From an uncultured Chloroflexia bacterium (GTDB lineage: Bacteria; Chloroflexota; Limnocylindria; Limnocylindrales; CSP1-4), in assembly GCA_963843335.1 (NCBI GenBank), contig CAWJKF010000006.1, positions 164,042 through 228,041 on the forward strand: DNA of 64,000 nt, written 5' to 3'. Below are positions 13,529 to 23,306 of this stretch, in pieces. Below the pieces are notes generated by a model. It ran no database searches. It was given only the letters and a program-made list of their open reading frames with translations, and was not told where the DNA came from. Each line of letters begins with the position of its first letter. Position 1 is the first letter of the stretch. Made by a program: the position numbers and the translations under genes.

Positions 13529-13900
13529 GCGGGCACGCTGGCGTTGGAGCGGCGCCTGGCGGCCCGGCGACGATTCAGGGCATGAGTCAAAGGACGGTCG
13601 AGTGGTACCGGGCAGCTCGATCGGTACCTGGTTCTCCGGCGATCCGGCACGACCCACGCTCACGTCAGGACCCGCCGCCGACCGAGGGCTGGCCTTGGGA
13701 GACGTTCGGGCGGTGGTGCGGGCATTCGTGGGTCGGTGGCCGGTCCGTTGACTCACCACGTGAGCCACCGAAGGCTGGCCCGCCGGGGCCGCAGTGACAA
13801 CAGCAGCATGCCCGCGCGGCCGCCGGCCACCCACGATCCCGGACGGTCCGCCTGCTGCGCTACGATAGGTCGCCCGTCCCGCAGGAGACCCTCAGCGCGC

Positions 13901-15361
13901 ATGTCCAAGTCCGGATTCGTCAACACCATCGCTCGCCAGTCGGAGGATTTCCCCGGCTGGTACAACGACGTCGTCCTCAAGGCGCAGCTTGCGGACTACT
14001 CGCCGGTGCGTGGCTGCATGATCATCCGGCCGTACGGCTACGCCATCTGGGAATCGATGCGCGACGAGCTGGACCGGCACATCAAGCGCACCGGGCACAG
14101 CAACGTCTATTTCCCGCTGTTCGTGCCCAAGTCGCTGCTGGAGAAGGAAGCCGAGCACGTCGAGGGCTTCAACCCGCAGGTGGCGTGGGTCACCCATGCT
14201 GGCGGCAAGAAGCTCGATGAGCCGCTCGCCATCCGACCCACCTCCGAGGCGATCATCGCGGACTCCGTGAAGGACTGGATCCAGTCCTACCGGGACCTGC
14301 CGCTGCTCATGAACCTGTGGAACAACGTGGTCCGCTGGGAGCTGCGCACGCGCCTCTTCCTGCGCACGGCGGAGTTCCTGTGGCAGGAGGCGCACACCTT
14401 CCATGCGACGGAGCAGGAGGCTGCGGACGAGGTGGCGACCGGCCTCGAGGCGTACCGGGCGGTGGCCGAGGACTGGCTGGCCATCCCGGTGATCCGGGGT
14501 CGCAAGAGCCCCGCCGAGACCTTCCCGGGGGCCATCTACACCCACGCCATCGAAGCCATGATGCGCGATACCAAGGCACTCCAGGCGGGCACCAGCCATA
14601 TGCTCGGCCAGAACTTCTCGCACGCCGCGGGCATCGAGTTCCTCGACCGTGACAACGTGCGCAAGAACCCCTGGGGCACCTCCTGGGGCTTCTCGACGCG
14701 GATGGTCGGCGCGACGATCATGGCCCACGGCGACGACTCGGGGCTGGTCCTGCCGCCCAACGTCGCGCCGACACAGCTGGTCATCGTGCCCATCTTCCGG
14801 ACCGAGGACGACCGGGTCGCCGTGGCTGCGGCGATCGAGCGTCTCGAGGCCTCGTTCGCGACCGTCCAGACAGCCTCCGGACCGTTGCGCCACAAGGTCG
14901 ACTGGCGTGACGAGTCACCCGGCTTCAAGTTCAACCACTGGGAGCTCCGCGGCGTGCCCCTGCGCCTGGAGATCGGTCCCCGCGATGTCGCGGCTGGCCA
15001 GGCCGTCCTCGTGCGGCGCATCGACCGGGTGAAGGAGAGCATCGCGCTCGACGCCATCGCGACGGACCTGCCGGGTCGTCTCGCCGCGTACCAGGCGGAG
15101 ATCTTCCAGCGCGCGCTGGACTTCCGGGCTGCGAACACGCACCACGTCGACACCTATGACGAGTTCAAGGCCGTGGTCGACGGGCCGGGCGGCTTCCTCA
15201 TGGCCCCCTGGTGCGGCTCCAGCGCCTGCGAGGCGCAGATCAACGCCGATACCGGCGCGACCATCCGGTGCATCCCGTTCGATTCTCCCGACGAGGTGGG
15301 CGCGTGTCTCGTGGATGGCAAGCCTTCGGAGCGCCGGGTGCTGTTCGCGCGGGCGTACTAG
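13901..15361 (+). CDS. proS: Proline--tRNA ligase, archaeal/eukaryotic-like type (no INS editing domain)
   Basis: WYNDVV, IRPYG, RPTSE, FLRTAEFLWQE, QAGTSH.LGQNF, SWGFSTR, C-terminal WCG..CE/IRCIP. Confidence 0.97.
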   Translation: MSKSGFVNTIARQSEDFPGWYNDVVLKAQLADYSPVRGCMIIRPYGYAIWESMRDELDRHIKRTGHSNVYFPLFVPKSLLEKEAEHVEGFNPQVAWVTHAGGKKLDEPLAIRPTSEAIIADSVKDWIQSYRDLPLLMNLWNNVVRWELRTRLFLRTAEFLWQEAHTFHATEQEAADEVATGLEAYRAVAEDWLAIPVIRGRKSPAETFPGAIYTHAIEAMMRDTKALQAGTSHMLGQNFSHAAGIEFLDRDNVRKNPWGTSWGFSTRMVGATIMAHGDDSGLVLPPNVAPTQLVIVPIFRTEDDRVAVAAAIERLEASFATVQTASGPLRHKVDWRDESPGFKFNHWELRGVPLRLEIGPRDVAAGQAVLVRRIDRVKESIALDAIATDLPGRLAAYQAEIFQRALDFRAANTHHVDTYDEFKAVVDGPGGFLMAPWCGSSACEAQINADTGATIRCIPFDSPDEVGACLVDGKPSERRVLFARAY

Positions 15362-15772
15362 CTGCAGTCCCGCATACGTCGTTGACGGCTGAGCGCCTGG
15401 CACGCGGCGGGCTACCCATCCCATGGATGGGTTCGACGGGTCTTCGGGCGAACGGGACCGGATCACCCACCGCTTGCATCAGGTGTGACGTTCGATCCAC
15501 GGGGTGGGTAGGCGGTGCATCCGGGCGGTCAGGACGGTCGGACTCACCCAACCGGTGGGTCGTGGACCGCAGGACGGACGCGGCCCCGGTAATCCGAGGC
15601 ACGCCTGTCCGGACCTTCGCGGACATTCGAGTCATCAAGGTCCGTGGGATCGACCCCTAGACCCCGGCGGCGCGCGGCCCGCCGCCCCGGCCGCCCTCAG
15701 TGACCGTCGTTCGATCGCGCGCCACGCTCCCGGGCGTTCCGCACTCGGCGCCCCGGCTCGGAGGGCACCCGG

Positions 15773-15784
15773 TGCTATACTCCG
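15773..15784 (+). promoter_or_regulatory. Extended -10 promoter of the nusA operon (TGcTATACTCCG)
   Basis: TGn + TATACT ~30 nt before the leader hairpin. Confidence 0.65.
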
Positions 15785-15810
15785 TCGACGACAGCGTCCG
15801 GCCGCCTGGT

Positions 15811-15839
15811 GAACGTGGGTGACCCCCACGTTCTTTCAT
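15811..15839 (+). terminator. Leader terminator/attenuator hairpin upstream of nusA
   Basis: Perfect 9 bp stem GAACGTGGG/CCCACGTTC, loop TGACC, weak TTTCAT tail; resembles the GTGGG...CCCAC-T hairpin usually found before rimP-nusA. Confidence 0.65.
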
Positions 15840-15884
15840 GGTCGGGAGCTGGATCGCAACCTTGACAAACGCACGGAGGGGCAC

Positions 15885-17018
15885 ATGAACCGAGACTTCA
15901 TCGGCGCCCTCCTCCAGCTCAATGCCGAGAAGGGCGTTCCCCGGGAACAGCTCGTCCACACCATCGAGGACGCCATCCAGTCGGCGTACCGTCGGGTGGC
16001 GCCCGGCTACGAGGACGTCCACGTCAGGATCGACGGCGATACCGGCAAGATGCGCGTGTTCCGCGCCCGGATCGTCGCCTCCGAGGTGGAGGACCCGACC
16101 ACCGAGTGGAACCTGGATGAGGCCCACGCGCACCAGGCCGACGCGGAGCTCGGTGACCTGGTCGAGTACGAGGAGCTGGATCCGGAGCATTTCGGCCGGG
16201 TCGGCGCCCAGATCGCGGGCCAGGTCGTGCGCCAGCGACTGCGCGAGGCGGAGCGTGAGAACCTGTTCGACGAGTTCGCGCATCGCGACAGCGAGATCAT
16301 CACGGGCACGGTCAGCCGGGTCGAGCCGCGGGGCGTGATCCTGGACCTGGGGAAGGCGGAGGCCGTGCTGCCCACGACCGACCAGTCCGCGACGGAGCAC
16401 TACCGCATCGGCCAGCACGTCAAGGCATTCGTGATGGAGGTCCGCCGGACCACCCGCGGGCCGCTCATCTATGTCAGCCGGACCCACAAGAACTTCCTGC
16501 GTCGCCTGTTCGAGCTCGAGGTGCCCGAGATCCACGCCGGCACCGTGGAGATCAAGGCCATCGCCCGCGAGGCCGGCAGCCGCAGCAAGATCGCCGTCTC
16601 CAGCCGCCAGGAAGGCCTCGACCCGGTCGGCGCCACCGTCGGCCAGCGGGGCGGTCGGGTCCAGTCGGTCGTGGCCGAGCTCGGCGGCGAGAAGATCGAT
16701 GTCATCCCGTGGTCGGACGATCCGGCCACGTTCGTGGCCAATGCGCTCTCGCCCGCCCAGGTCGTGGGGGTCGAGATCGACGAGGACGGCCGCATCGCGT
16801 CCGTCACGGTGCCCGAGCGGATGCTCTCCCTGGCCATCGGCCGCGAGGGCCAGAACGCCCGGCTGGCCGCCAAGCTCACCGGCTGGCGCATCGACATCCG
16901 GAGCGACCAGGCGCCGCCCAAGGGCGCGCCCGCCGAGCCCAGCGGACCTGTCGAGGATGCGGACGCGGGAGCTGCCCCGGTCGATGCCGAGCCCGCCACG
17001 ACGGAGGTGGCGTCGTAG
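15885..17018 (+). CDS. nusA: Transcription termination factor NusA
   Basis: [54 protein letters not shown]. Confidence 0.98.
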   Translation: MNRDFIGALLQLNAEKGVPREQLVHTIEDAIQSAYRRVAPGYEDVHVRIDGDTGKMRVFRARIVASEVEDPTTEWNLDEAHAHQADAELGDLVEYEELDPEHFGRVGAQIAGQVVRQRLREAERENLFDEFAHRDSEIITGTVSRVEPRGVILDLGKAEAVLPTTDQSATEHYRIGQHVKAFVMEVRRTTRGPLIYVSRTHKNFLRRLFELEVPEIHAGTVEIKAIAREAGSRSKIAVSSRQEGLDPVGATVGQRGGRVQSVVAELGGEKIDVIPWSDDPATFVANALSPAQVVGVEIDEDGRIASVTVPERMLSLAIGREGQNARLAAKLTGWRIDIRSDQAPPKGAPAEPSGPVEDADAGAAPVDAEPATTEVAS

Positions 17019-17323
17019 GCGCCACGGCCGCCGCTTCTCCGCGGCGCATCCCGGTCCGGACCTGCGTCGCGTGCCGAACGGAACGACCGCAGCGTGACCT
17101 CGTGCGCATCGTGCGCACCCCCAGCGGCGAGGTGGTCATGGACCCCACTGGTCGACTCGCAGGTCGGGGCGCATATCTGTGCGCCGACGGGACCTGCTGG
17201 CAGACAGCACTCAAGCGTTCGGCCCTGCAGCGGGCCCTCTCCACACCCATCCCCGCCGAGCTGCAGGAGCGGCTCGAGCACGGCGACCTCGCGTCGCTCC
17301 ACGGAGGTCAGCATGGCTCGTAG
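17015..17323 (+). CDS. ylxR: YlxR/RnpM family RNA-binding protein (start uncertain)
   Basis: [22 protein letters not shown]. Confidence 0.9.
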   Translation, partial: VGATAAASPRRIPVRTCVACRTERPQRDLVRIVRTPSGEVVMDPTGRLAGRGAYLCADGTCWQTALKRSALQRALSTPIPAELQERLEHGDLASLHGGQHGS

Positions 17324-19214
17324 TCGAAGCGGGACGCGCAACACGCGCGGACCCAGGAAGCCCCCCCGGCGCCCGGACGGGACGCACGAGAGCGCCGTCC
17401 AGACGGTCGATCCGGCCGCCCGCGGCAGCATCGACATCCCGTCGTCGATCATGGTCAAGGAGCTCGCCGAGCTGCTGGGCGTGAACCCGGCGGACATCAT
17501 CCGGGAGCTCATCAAGAGCGGCATCTTCGCGAGCATCAACCAGGTCATCGACCGCGACACCGCCACGCTCGTGACCAACGAGCTGGGCTATGAGGTGGCC
17601 GAGCCGAGCCTCACCGAGTCGACCATCGAGGTCTCCGGCGAGGCACCCGAGGGCGAGGACGCCAAGGGCGTCATCATCGGCGAGGACGACGACCCGGCCA
17701 ACCTCGTGCCGCGAGCGCCGATCGTGACCGTCATGGGCCACGTCGACCACGGCAAGACCAGCCTGCTCGATGCGATCCGCAAGAGCGCGGTCGCGGCCGG
17801 CGAGCGGGGTGGCATCACCCAGCACGTGGGCGCCAGCGAGGCCGAGCACAACGGCCGCCGCATCGTCTTCCTCGATACCCCGGGCCACGAGGCGTTCACG
17901 GCCATGCGTGCCCGTGGCGCCCGTGTCACGGACATCGCGGTGCTCGTGGTCGCGGCAGACGACGGCGTGATGCCCCAGACCGCGGAGGCGATCGACCACG
18001 CTCGCGCGGCGAACGTGCCCATCGTCATCGCGCTCAACAAGATCGACAAGCCGGACTCCAACCCGGAGCGGGTCAAGACCGAGCTGTCCGAGCGCAACGT
18101 CATCGTCGAGGACTACGGCGGGGACGTGCCCATGGTCGCCGTCAGCGCCAAGACCGGCCAGGGCATCGACGACCTGCTGGAGACCATCCTCATCACCTCC
18201 GACGCCCTCGTGGACCCGAAGGCGGACCCCAAGCGGAAGGCCATCGGCACCGTCGTGGAGGCCGAGCTGGACAAGGGACGCGGCGCCGTCGCCACCATCC
18301 TCGTCCAGACGGGCACCCTTCGCATCGGCGACATCATCGTCGTGGGCGAGACCTACGGCCGGGTGCGGGCCATGGAGGACACGTTCGGCAAGCGCATCAC
18401 CAAGGCCGGCCCCTCCACCCCGGTGGTGCTGCTGGGCCTGGGCGAGGTGCCAGCCGCGGGCGACGTGCTGCGCGTCGTCGCGGACGAGAAGATCGCCCGG
18501 AGCATGGTCGAGGAGCGACGTGCCGCCCAGACCACGCGGCCGGAGGGCCATGGACGGGCGACCCTGGAAGACCTGTATCGCCAGATCCAGGCGGGCCAGA
18601 CCAAGGAGCTGCGCATCATCCTCAAGGCGGATGTGCAGGGCTCCCTGGGCGCCATCGCGCATGCGCTCGAGCAGCTCCAGAGCGACGAGGTCAAGATCAA
18701 CGTCCTGCGCCAGGGCGCGGGCGACATCACGGACAACGACATCCTGCTCGCCTCGGCGTCGGATGCCGTGGTCGTCGGCTTCAACACCAAGCTCGATCCA
18801 GCGGCCCGCCGCACGGCGGAGGCCGAGGGGGTCGAGGTCCGGCTGTACGACATCATCTATCGCCTCACCGAGGACATGGATGCCGCCCTCAAGGGCATGC
18901 TCGAGCCGGAGGAGCGCGAGGTCGTCGAGGGTCGCGCGGAGGTGCGCCAGATCTTCCGCTCCGGCAAGAGCACCGTCATCGCGGGCAGCTACGTCACGGA
19001 TGGTCGGATCATCCGTGGCCCCGCCCGCGTGTTCCGGAACGGCAAGCTCATCACGACGGACCGGGTCGAGTCGCTCCGACGCTTCCGGGACGACGTGCGT
19101 GAGGTGGCCACCGGCTACGAGTGCGGGATCGGCCTTGCCAACTACTCGGACCTCGAGGAAGGCGACATCATCGAGAGCTTCAGCCAGCAGACCGTGTCCC
19201 GCGTCGCAAGCTAG
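17313..19214 (+). CDS. infB: Translation initiation factor IF-2 (short N-terminus)
   Basis: [33 protein letters not shown]. Confidence 0.98.
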   Translation: MARSRSGTRNTRGPRKPPRRPDGTHESAVQTVDPAARGSIDIPSSIMVKELAELLGVNPADIIRELIKSGIFASINQVIDRDTATLVTNELGYEVAEPSLTESTIEVSGEAPEGEDAKGVIIGEDDDPANLVPRAPIVTVMGHVDHGKTSLLDAIRKSAVAAGERGGITQHVGASEAEHNGRRIVFLDTPGHEAFTAMRARGARVTDIAVLVVAADDGVMPQTAEAIDHARAANVPIVIALNKIDKPDSNPERVKTELSERNVIVEDYGGDVPMVAVSAKTGQGIDDLLETILITSDALVDPKADPKRKAIGTVVEAELDKGRGAVATILVQTGTLRIGDIIVVGETYGRVRAMEDTFGKRITKAGPSTPVVLLGLGEVPAAGDVLRVVADEKIARSMVEERRAAQTTRPEGHGRATLEDLYRQIQAGQTKELRIILKADVQGSLGAIAHALEQLQSDEVKINVLRQGAGDITDNDILLASASDAVVVGFNTKLDPAARRTAEAEGVEVRLYDIIYRLTEDMDAALKGMLEPEEREVVEGRAEVRQIFRSGKSTVIAGSYVTDGRIIRGPARVFRNGKLITTDRVESLRRFRDDVREVATGYECGIGLANYSDLEEGDIIESFSQQTVSRVAS

Positions 19215-19238
19215 GCGCGGACCGGTCGCGAGCAGCCC

Positions 19239-19700
19239 ATGAGTCAGCGAACCGAGCGGCTGGATGAGCTGCTGCGCGAGGAGATCTCCGCGATCATCGC
19301 GCGCGAGATCACCGATCCGCGCATCGGGTTCGTGACCGTGACCAAGGTGGACGTCGACCGGGAGATCAGCCACGCCAACGTGTGGGTCTCGGTCATCGGC
19401 GACCCCGCGACGCGGAAGGAATCGATCCGGGCGCTGGGCCGGGCGATGCCCTTCGTCCGTCACAGGCTCGGTCATCTGCGGCTCAAGCGCATCCCGGAGC
19501 TGCACCTGCGCGAGGATGACTCGGCCGAGCGGGGCACGCGTGTGCTCCAGATCCTCGACGACCTGGAGCATGGTGCGGAACCCGGTCCGGCCCGGGTGGG
19601 CGAGGCGCTCCCGGCACCAGCACCATTGCGGGGCATCCCCGAGCCCCACGCACCGCGCCGCCGGCGACCCCCAGTCAAGGGCCGGTCACATGGCGGCTGA
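19239..19700 (+). CDS. rbfA: Ribosome-binding factor A
   Basis: DPRIGFVTVT.V, LRLKRIPEL...D.S.ERG. Confidence 0.95.
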   Translation: MSQRTERLDELLREEISAIIAREITDPRIGFVTVTKVDVDREISHANVWVSVIGDPATRKESIRALGRAMPFVRHRLGHLRLKRIPELHLREDDSAERGTRVLQILDDLEHGAEPGPARVGEALPAPAPLRGIPEPHAPRRRRPPVKGRSHGG

Positions 19701-20730
19701 ACAGCCGCTCGTCTCGTTGACCGCGGCCGACCTCGCGTCCGTGCCGCAGGCCGTCGTCGACGGGCTGGTCGGCGCGCGCCGCGTGCTGGCCATCGGGCAC
19801 GAGAGCCCCGACGCCGATGCCTTCGGCTTCGCCCTGGGCGTCGGGCTCGCCGTGGAGCAGCTGGGCGGCTTGGCGACGATCGTGAGCAGCGACCCCGTGC
19901 CCGCCATGTACGGCTTCATGCCCGGCATCGAGCGGGTGCGGACCGATCCGGACCCCGACACCGCCTACGATCTCATCGTGGTCGGCGACGCCGGGGACCT
20001 GCCACGGGTGGGTCGGGTGGTCCGGGATCATGCGGAGCTGTTCGGTCGGGTGCCCATCATGGTCATCGACCACCATGCCTCGAACACCGGCTTCGGTGCG
20101 GTCGACTGGATCGACACGACCGCTGCCGCCGCATGCGAGATGGTGGCCCTGCTGGTGCCTCGCCTGGGGATGCCGATGGGTGCCGCGGATGGGGCGATCG
20201 CGGCGGACCTGCTGGCGGGTGTCGTCGGCGATACCGCCATGTTCCAGCATCCCAACGCCACCCCTCGCACCCTGCGCGTCGCCAGTGAGCTGCGTGCCGC
20301 AGGTGCTCCGCTCGCGGACATCGCGCGGCTGCTGTATCGCACCAAGCCCAACGAGCAGCTGCGGCTCTTTGGCCTGGTGCTGTCGCGCCTGGAGACCGCC
20401 CTCGATGGTCGCCTGGTGTGGGCGACGCTCGAGCCGGCGGACATCGTGGCATCGGGCGCCACGGTGGAGCACTCGGAGGGCATCATCGACCTGCTCGCCC
20501 AGTCCAGCTCGGCGGATGTCGCGATCCTGTTCCGGGACATGGGCGATCGGACCCGCATCAGCTCCCGCACCCGCGACGGCGGTGTCGATGCCATCGAGCT
20601 CACCCGGATGTTCGGCGGGGGAGGGCACGCTCGCGCTGCCGGCGCCACCGTGGAGCTGCCGCTCGGTCCGGCCCGGGATGCGGTCCTGGCCGCGGCGGCG
20701 GACCTCATCGACCGGTCACGGGCAGCCTGA
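19690..20730 (+). CDS. nrnA: DHH/DHHA1 phosphoesterase (nanoRNase/pAp phosphatase)
   Basis: H.SPDADA, IDHH, GDT..F, GGGHARAAG; canonical rbfA-nrnA-truB position. Confidence 0.9.
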   Translation: MAAEQPLVSLTAADLASVPQAVVDGLVGARRVLAIGHESPDADAFGFALGVGLAVEQLGGLATIVSSDPVPAMYGFMPGIERVRTDPDPDTAYDLIVVGDAGDLPRVGRVVRDHAELFGRVPIMVIDHHASNTGFGAVDWIDTTAAAACEMVALLVPRLGMPMGAADGAIAADLLAGVVGDTAMFQHPNATPRTLRVASELRAAGAPLADIARLLYRTKPNEQLRLFGLVLSRLETALDGRLVWATLEPADIVASGATVEHSEGIIDLLAQSSSADVAILFRDMGDRTRISSRTRDGGVDAIELTRMFGGGGHARAAGATVELPLGPARDAVLAAAADLIDRSRAA

Positions 20731-21728
20731 TGGGGGCGAGCAGCCAGACCGGGGCGAGCAGCCAGACCGGTGCGAGCAGCCAGGGCGTGGGCCCCGAGGG
20801 CATCCTCGTCGTCGACAAGCCCATCGGCCCCACCTCGCATGACGTGGTCGCCATCGTGCGCCGCCTGTCCGGCGTCCGGCGCGTCGGCCACGGCGGGACG
20901 CTCGATCCGTTCGCGGCCGGGGTGCTGCCCGTGTTCCTGGGGCGTGCCACCCGCATGGTCGAGTACCACCTCGGCGACGAGAAGGCCTACCGGGCGGTGA
21001 TGGTCTTCGGGGCGCGGTCCACGACGGACGACCTCGATGGCGAGCTGACACCCACGGATCGTCCGCCGCCGACCCGGCAGCAGGTCGAGGAGACGCTGGG
21101 TCGACTCGTGGGGGTCATCGAGCAGACACCGCCGATCTACTCCGCGGTGCGCATCGGTGGCCGCCACGCGTATGACCTCGCCCGCCACGGCGAGACGCCG
21201 ACCCTCAAGTCGCGGACCGTGACCATCCACGATCTGCGTGTCGTGGCCTGGGAGACGATCGACCCCGAGCGACCGGCGGCGACGGTCGAGCTGCGATGCT
21301 CGGCGGGGACGTACGTGCGCGCCATCGCTCGTGACGCGGGGGAGGCGCTGGGGAGCGGGGCATACCTGGGTGCGCTGGTGCGGACCGCCAGCGGACCGTT
21401 CCTCCAGGCCGCGTCGCACCCTCTCGACGAGGTGCGGGAACGGCTGTCGACGGGGCGGATCGGGGAGCTGTTGCTGGCTGCCGACTCGGGCCTCGAGGCG
21501 TACCCGGTGGTCACCATCGACGCCGACGGGCTCATGGGACTCGCGCGCGGCCAGGTCGTCCGGGGACGGGGTGAGCCACTGCCGCTGCCCGGACCCGGGG
21601 GACTCGTGCGGGTGCTCGCGCCGGACGGCCGGCTGGCCGCCATGGCGCGCGTGGATGCGGGTCGGCTGCACCCCGAGAAGGTGTTCCTGGAGCCGCCGGC
21701 CGTGGCCGGCTCACCAACCCCCGCCTGA
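20730..21728 (+). CDS. truB: tRNA pseudouridine(55) synthase
   Basis: DKP.GPTSHDVV, GHGGTLDP, PP.YSAV, CSAGTYVR. Confidence 0.96.
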   Translation: MGASSQTGASSQTGASSQGVGPEGILVVDKPIGPTSHDVVAIVRRLSGVRRVGHGGTLDPFAAGVLPVFLGRATRMVEYHLGDEKAYRAVMVFGARSTTDDLDGELTPTDRPPPTRQQVEETLGRLVGVIEQTPPIYSAVRIGGRHAYDLARHGETPTLKSRTVTIHDLRVVAWETIDPERPAATVELRCSAGTYVRAIARDAGEALGSGAYLGALVRTASGPFLQAASHPLDEVRERLSTGRIGELLLAADSGLEAYPVVTIDADGLMGLARGQVVRGRGEPLPLPGPGGLVRVLAPDGRLAAMARVDAGRLHPEKVFLEPPAVAGSPTPA

Positions 21729-21730
21729 CC

Positions 21731-22520
21731 ATGGCCCGGCTGCTCGACGACGTCGACCATATCCCGGCAGGCGTTCGGTTCGTGGCCACCGTGGGTGTCT
21801 TCGATGGCGTGCACCTGGGACACCTGCACGTGCTCCACGCGCTGGCAGCCCTGGGGCTGGAATGTGACGCTGTGCCCATCGCGATCACGTTCGATCCCCA
21901 TCCCCAGGCAGTCGTGACCGGCACGACACCGGCCCTTATCTGCGACCCCGCCGAGAAGCTGGCCCGGATGGCCGAGGCCGGCGCGGAGGTCGTCGTGGTC
22001 CAGCGGTTCGACGAGGCGTTCCGCTCCCAGACGGCGGACGAGTTCCTCGACCGGATCGGGCGTGGGCGACAGCTGGCCGGTCTCGTCATGTCCCATGAGT
22101 CAGCGTTCGGGCGCGACCGGCAGGGCACGGTCGAGACGGTCCGTCGATTGGCTGCCGCGGAGGGCTGGCGGCTGGTGGAGGTCGACACCCTGGAGATGGA
22201 CGGTGCCCCGGTCTCCAGCTCCCGGAATCCGGGCGGCGGTCGCCGTGGGCGACCTGGAAGCTGCCGCGCGCCTGCTGGGTCGCGGGTATGCGGTCACGGG
22301 CACGATCCCGGCGGGCGGGCACGGATGCCGGGAGCTCGAGCTCACCGCAGCGTACGTGATGCCCCCTGCGGGTCGCTACGCCATCAGCGCTGCATGGCAG
22401 GGGTCGGCGACGCGCTCGGTCGTTGATGGGTCGGTGAGCGTGGACGAACGTGGGCGCCTCTGCCTCTCTGTCGGCCCGCCCGGGACAGGCGATCCGGTCC
22501 CCGTCCGGGTGGAGTTCTGA
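21731..22520 (+). CDS. ribF: FAD synthetase (FMN adenylyltransferase) with degenerate riboflavin kinase module; frameshift near 22225
   Basis: GVFDGVHLGH, TFDPHP, FGRDRQG, VSSSRIR; C-terminal part short and lacks PTAN. Confidence 0.85.
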
Positions 22521-22858
22521 GGCCTGTCGGCGCCGTCGCGCATTCCCCCCACGATCTTGCGCCGCCAGCGAACGGCAAGCGGTCGTCTGGTGCTGCCCAG
22601 GGTCGGGATCGGGCCCGAGGGGTACGTTCTTTCATCATCGGGCGAAGGATCGTCAGCCGGGACGCCCCCAGAGCTCGTGAAGCCCTCCGCTGTGGCCACG
22701 GATGTTCGCTGATGGTGAAGATCGGTACCCCATCCGGCGGCGTCGGGCACGGGCCGGCCGCAGCGTCGGAGACGGCGCGGGCACGGACCGGCCGCGGCGG
22801 CGTACCGAGGGCGGCCACGCACCGAACCTTGCGCATTCCGTGTGCATCTTGAGGGCTG

Positions 22859-22870
22859 TGCTAGACTCCG
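22859..22870 (+). promoter_or_regulatory. Extended -10 promoter of rpsO (TGcTAGACTCCG)
   Basis: Identical 12-mer to the rpsB promoter. Confidence 0.6.
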
Positions 22871-22908
22871 CGGCGACTATCGAAGGAAATGGACGGTTGG
22901 AGGACCAT

Positions 22909-23178
22909 GTGCCGCTCACGCGGGAAACGAAGGAAGGCATCATCACGGAGTACGCCACCCATGAGGGTGATACCGGCTCCCCGGAGGTTCAGGTCGCCCT
23001 GCTGACGGAGCGCATCACCGGCCTGACGGAGCATCTGCGTGCCTACCCGAAGGATCATCACTCGCGCCGCGGCCTGCTCAAGCTCGTTGGTCAGCGTCGC
23101 CGACTCCTCGCGTACCTGATGCGCAAGGACAACGCCCGGTATCGCGCCGTCATCAGCCGGCTGGGCCTGCGCCGCTAG
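22909..23178 (+). CDS. rpsO: 30S ribosomal protein S15
   Basis: [33 protein letters not shown]; GTG start with SD GGAGG. Confidence 0.98.
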   Translation: MPLTRETKEGIITEYATHEGDTGSPEVQVALLTERITGLTEHLRAYPKDHHSRRGLLKLVGQRRRLLAYLMRKDNARYRAVISRLGLRR

Positions 23179-23193
23179 GCGCTCTCGCTCTTG

Positions 23194-23213
23194 GCGGCGG
23201 CACGTGCCGCCGC
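23194..23213. terminator. Perfect 20 bp palindrome after rpsO
   Basis: GCGGCGGCACGTGCCGCCGC; no U tract. Confidence 0.45.
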
Positions 23214-23306
23214 GCGATCCCGCTCCCAACAACCCAACGTGCCTGTCCTGAGGGACGGGCTGCGAGCGAACAGCCCTGGTCCGTCATCCCTCCCCTTGGA
23301 GGACAC

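Noticed and set aside
13598-13613. T-box-like GAGTGGTACCGGG upstream of proS
   Set aside because: About 300 nt from the proS start, no room for Stem I upstream, no terminator or antiterminator; a separate -10-like TACGAT lies at 13861
15362-15770. Possible gene or ncRNA in the proS-nusA gap
   Set aside because: Only short hairpins and unconvincing ORFs; no RimP, tRNA or known RNA signature recognisable
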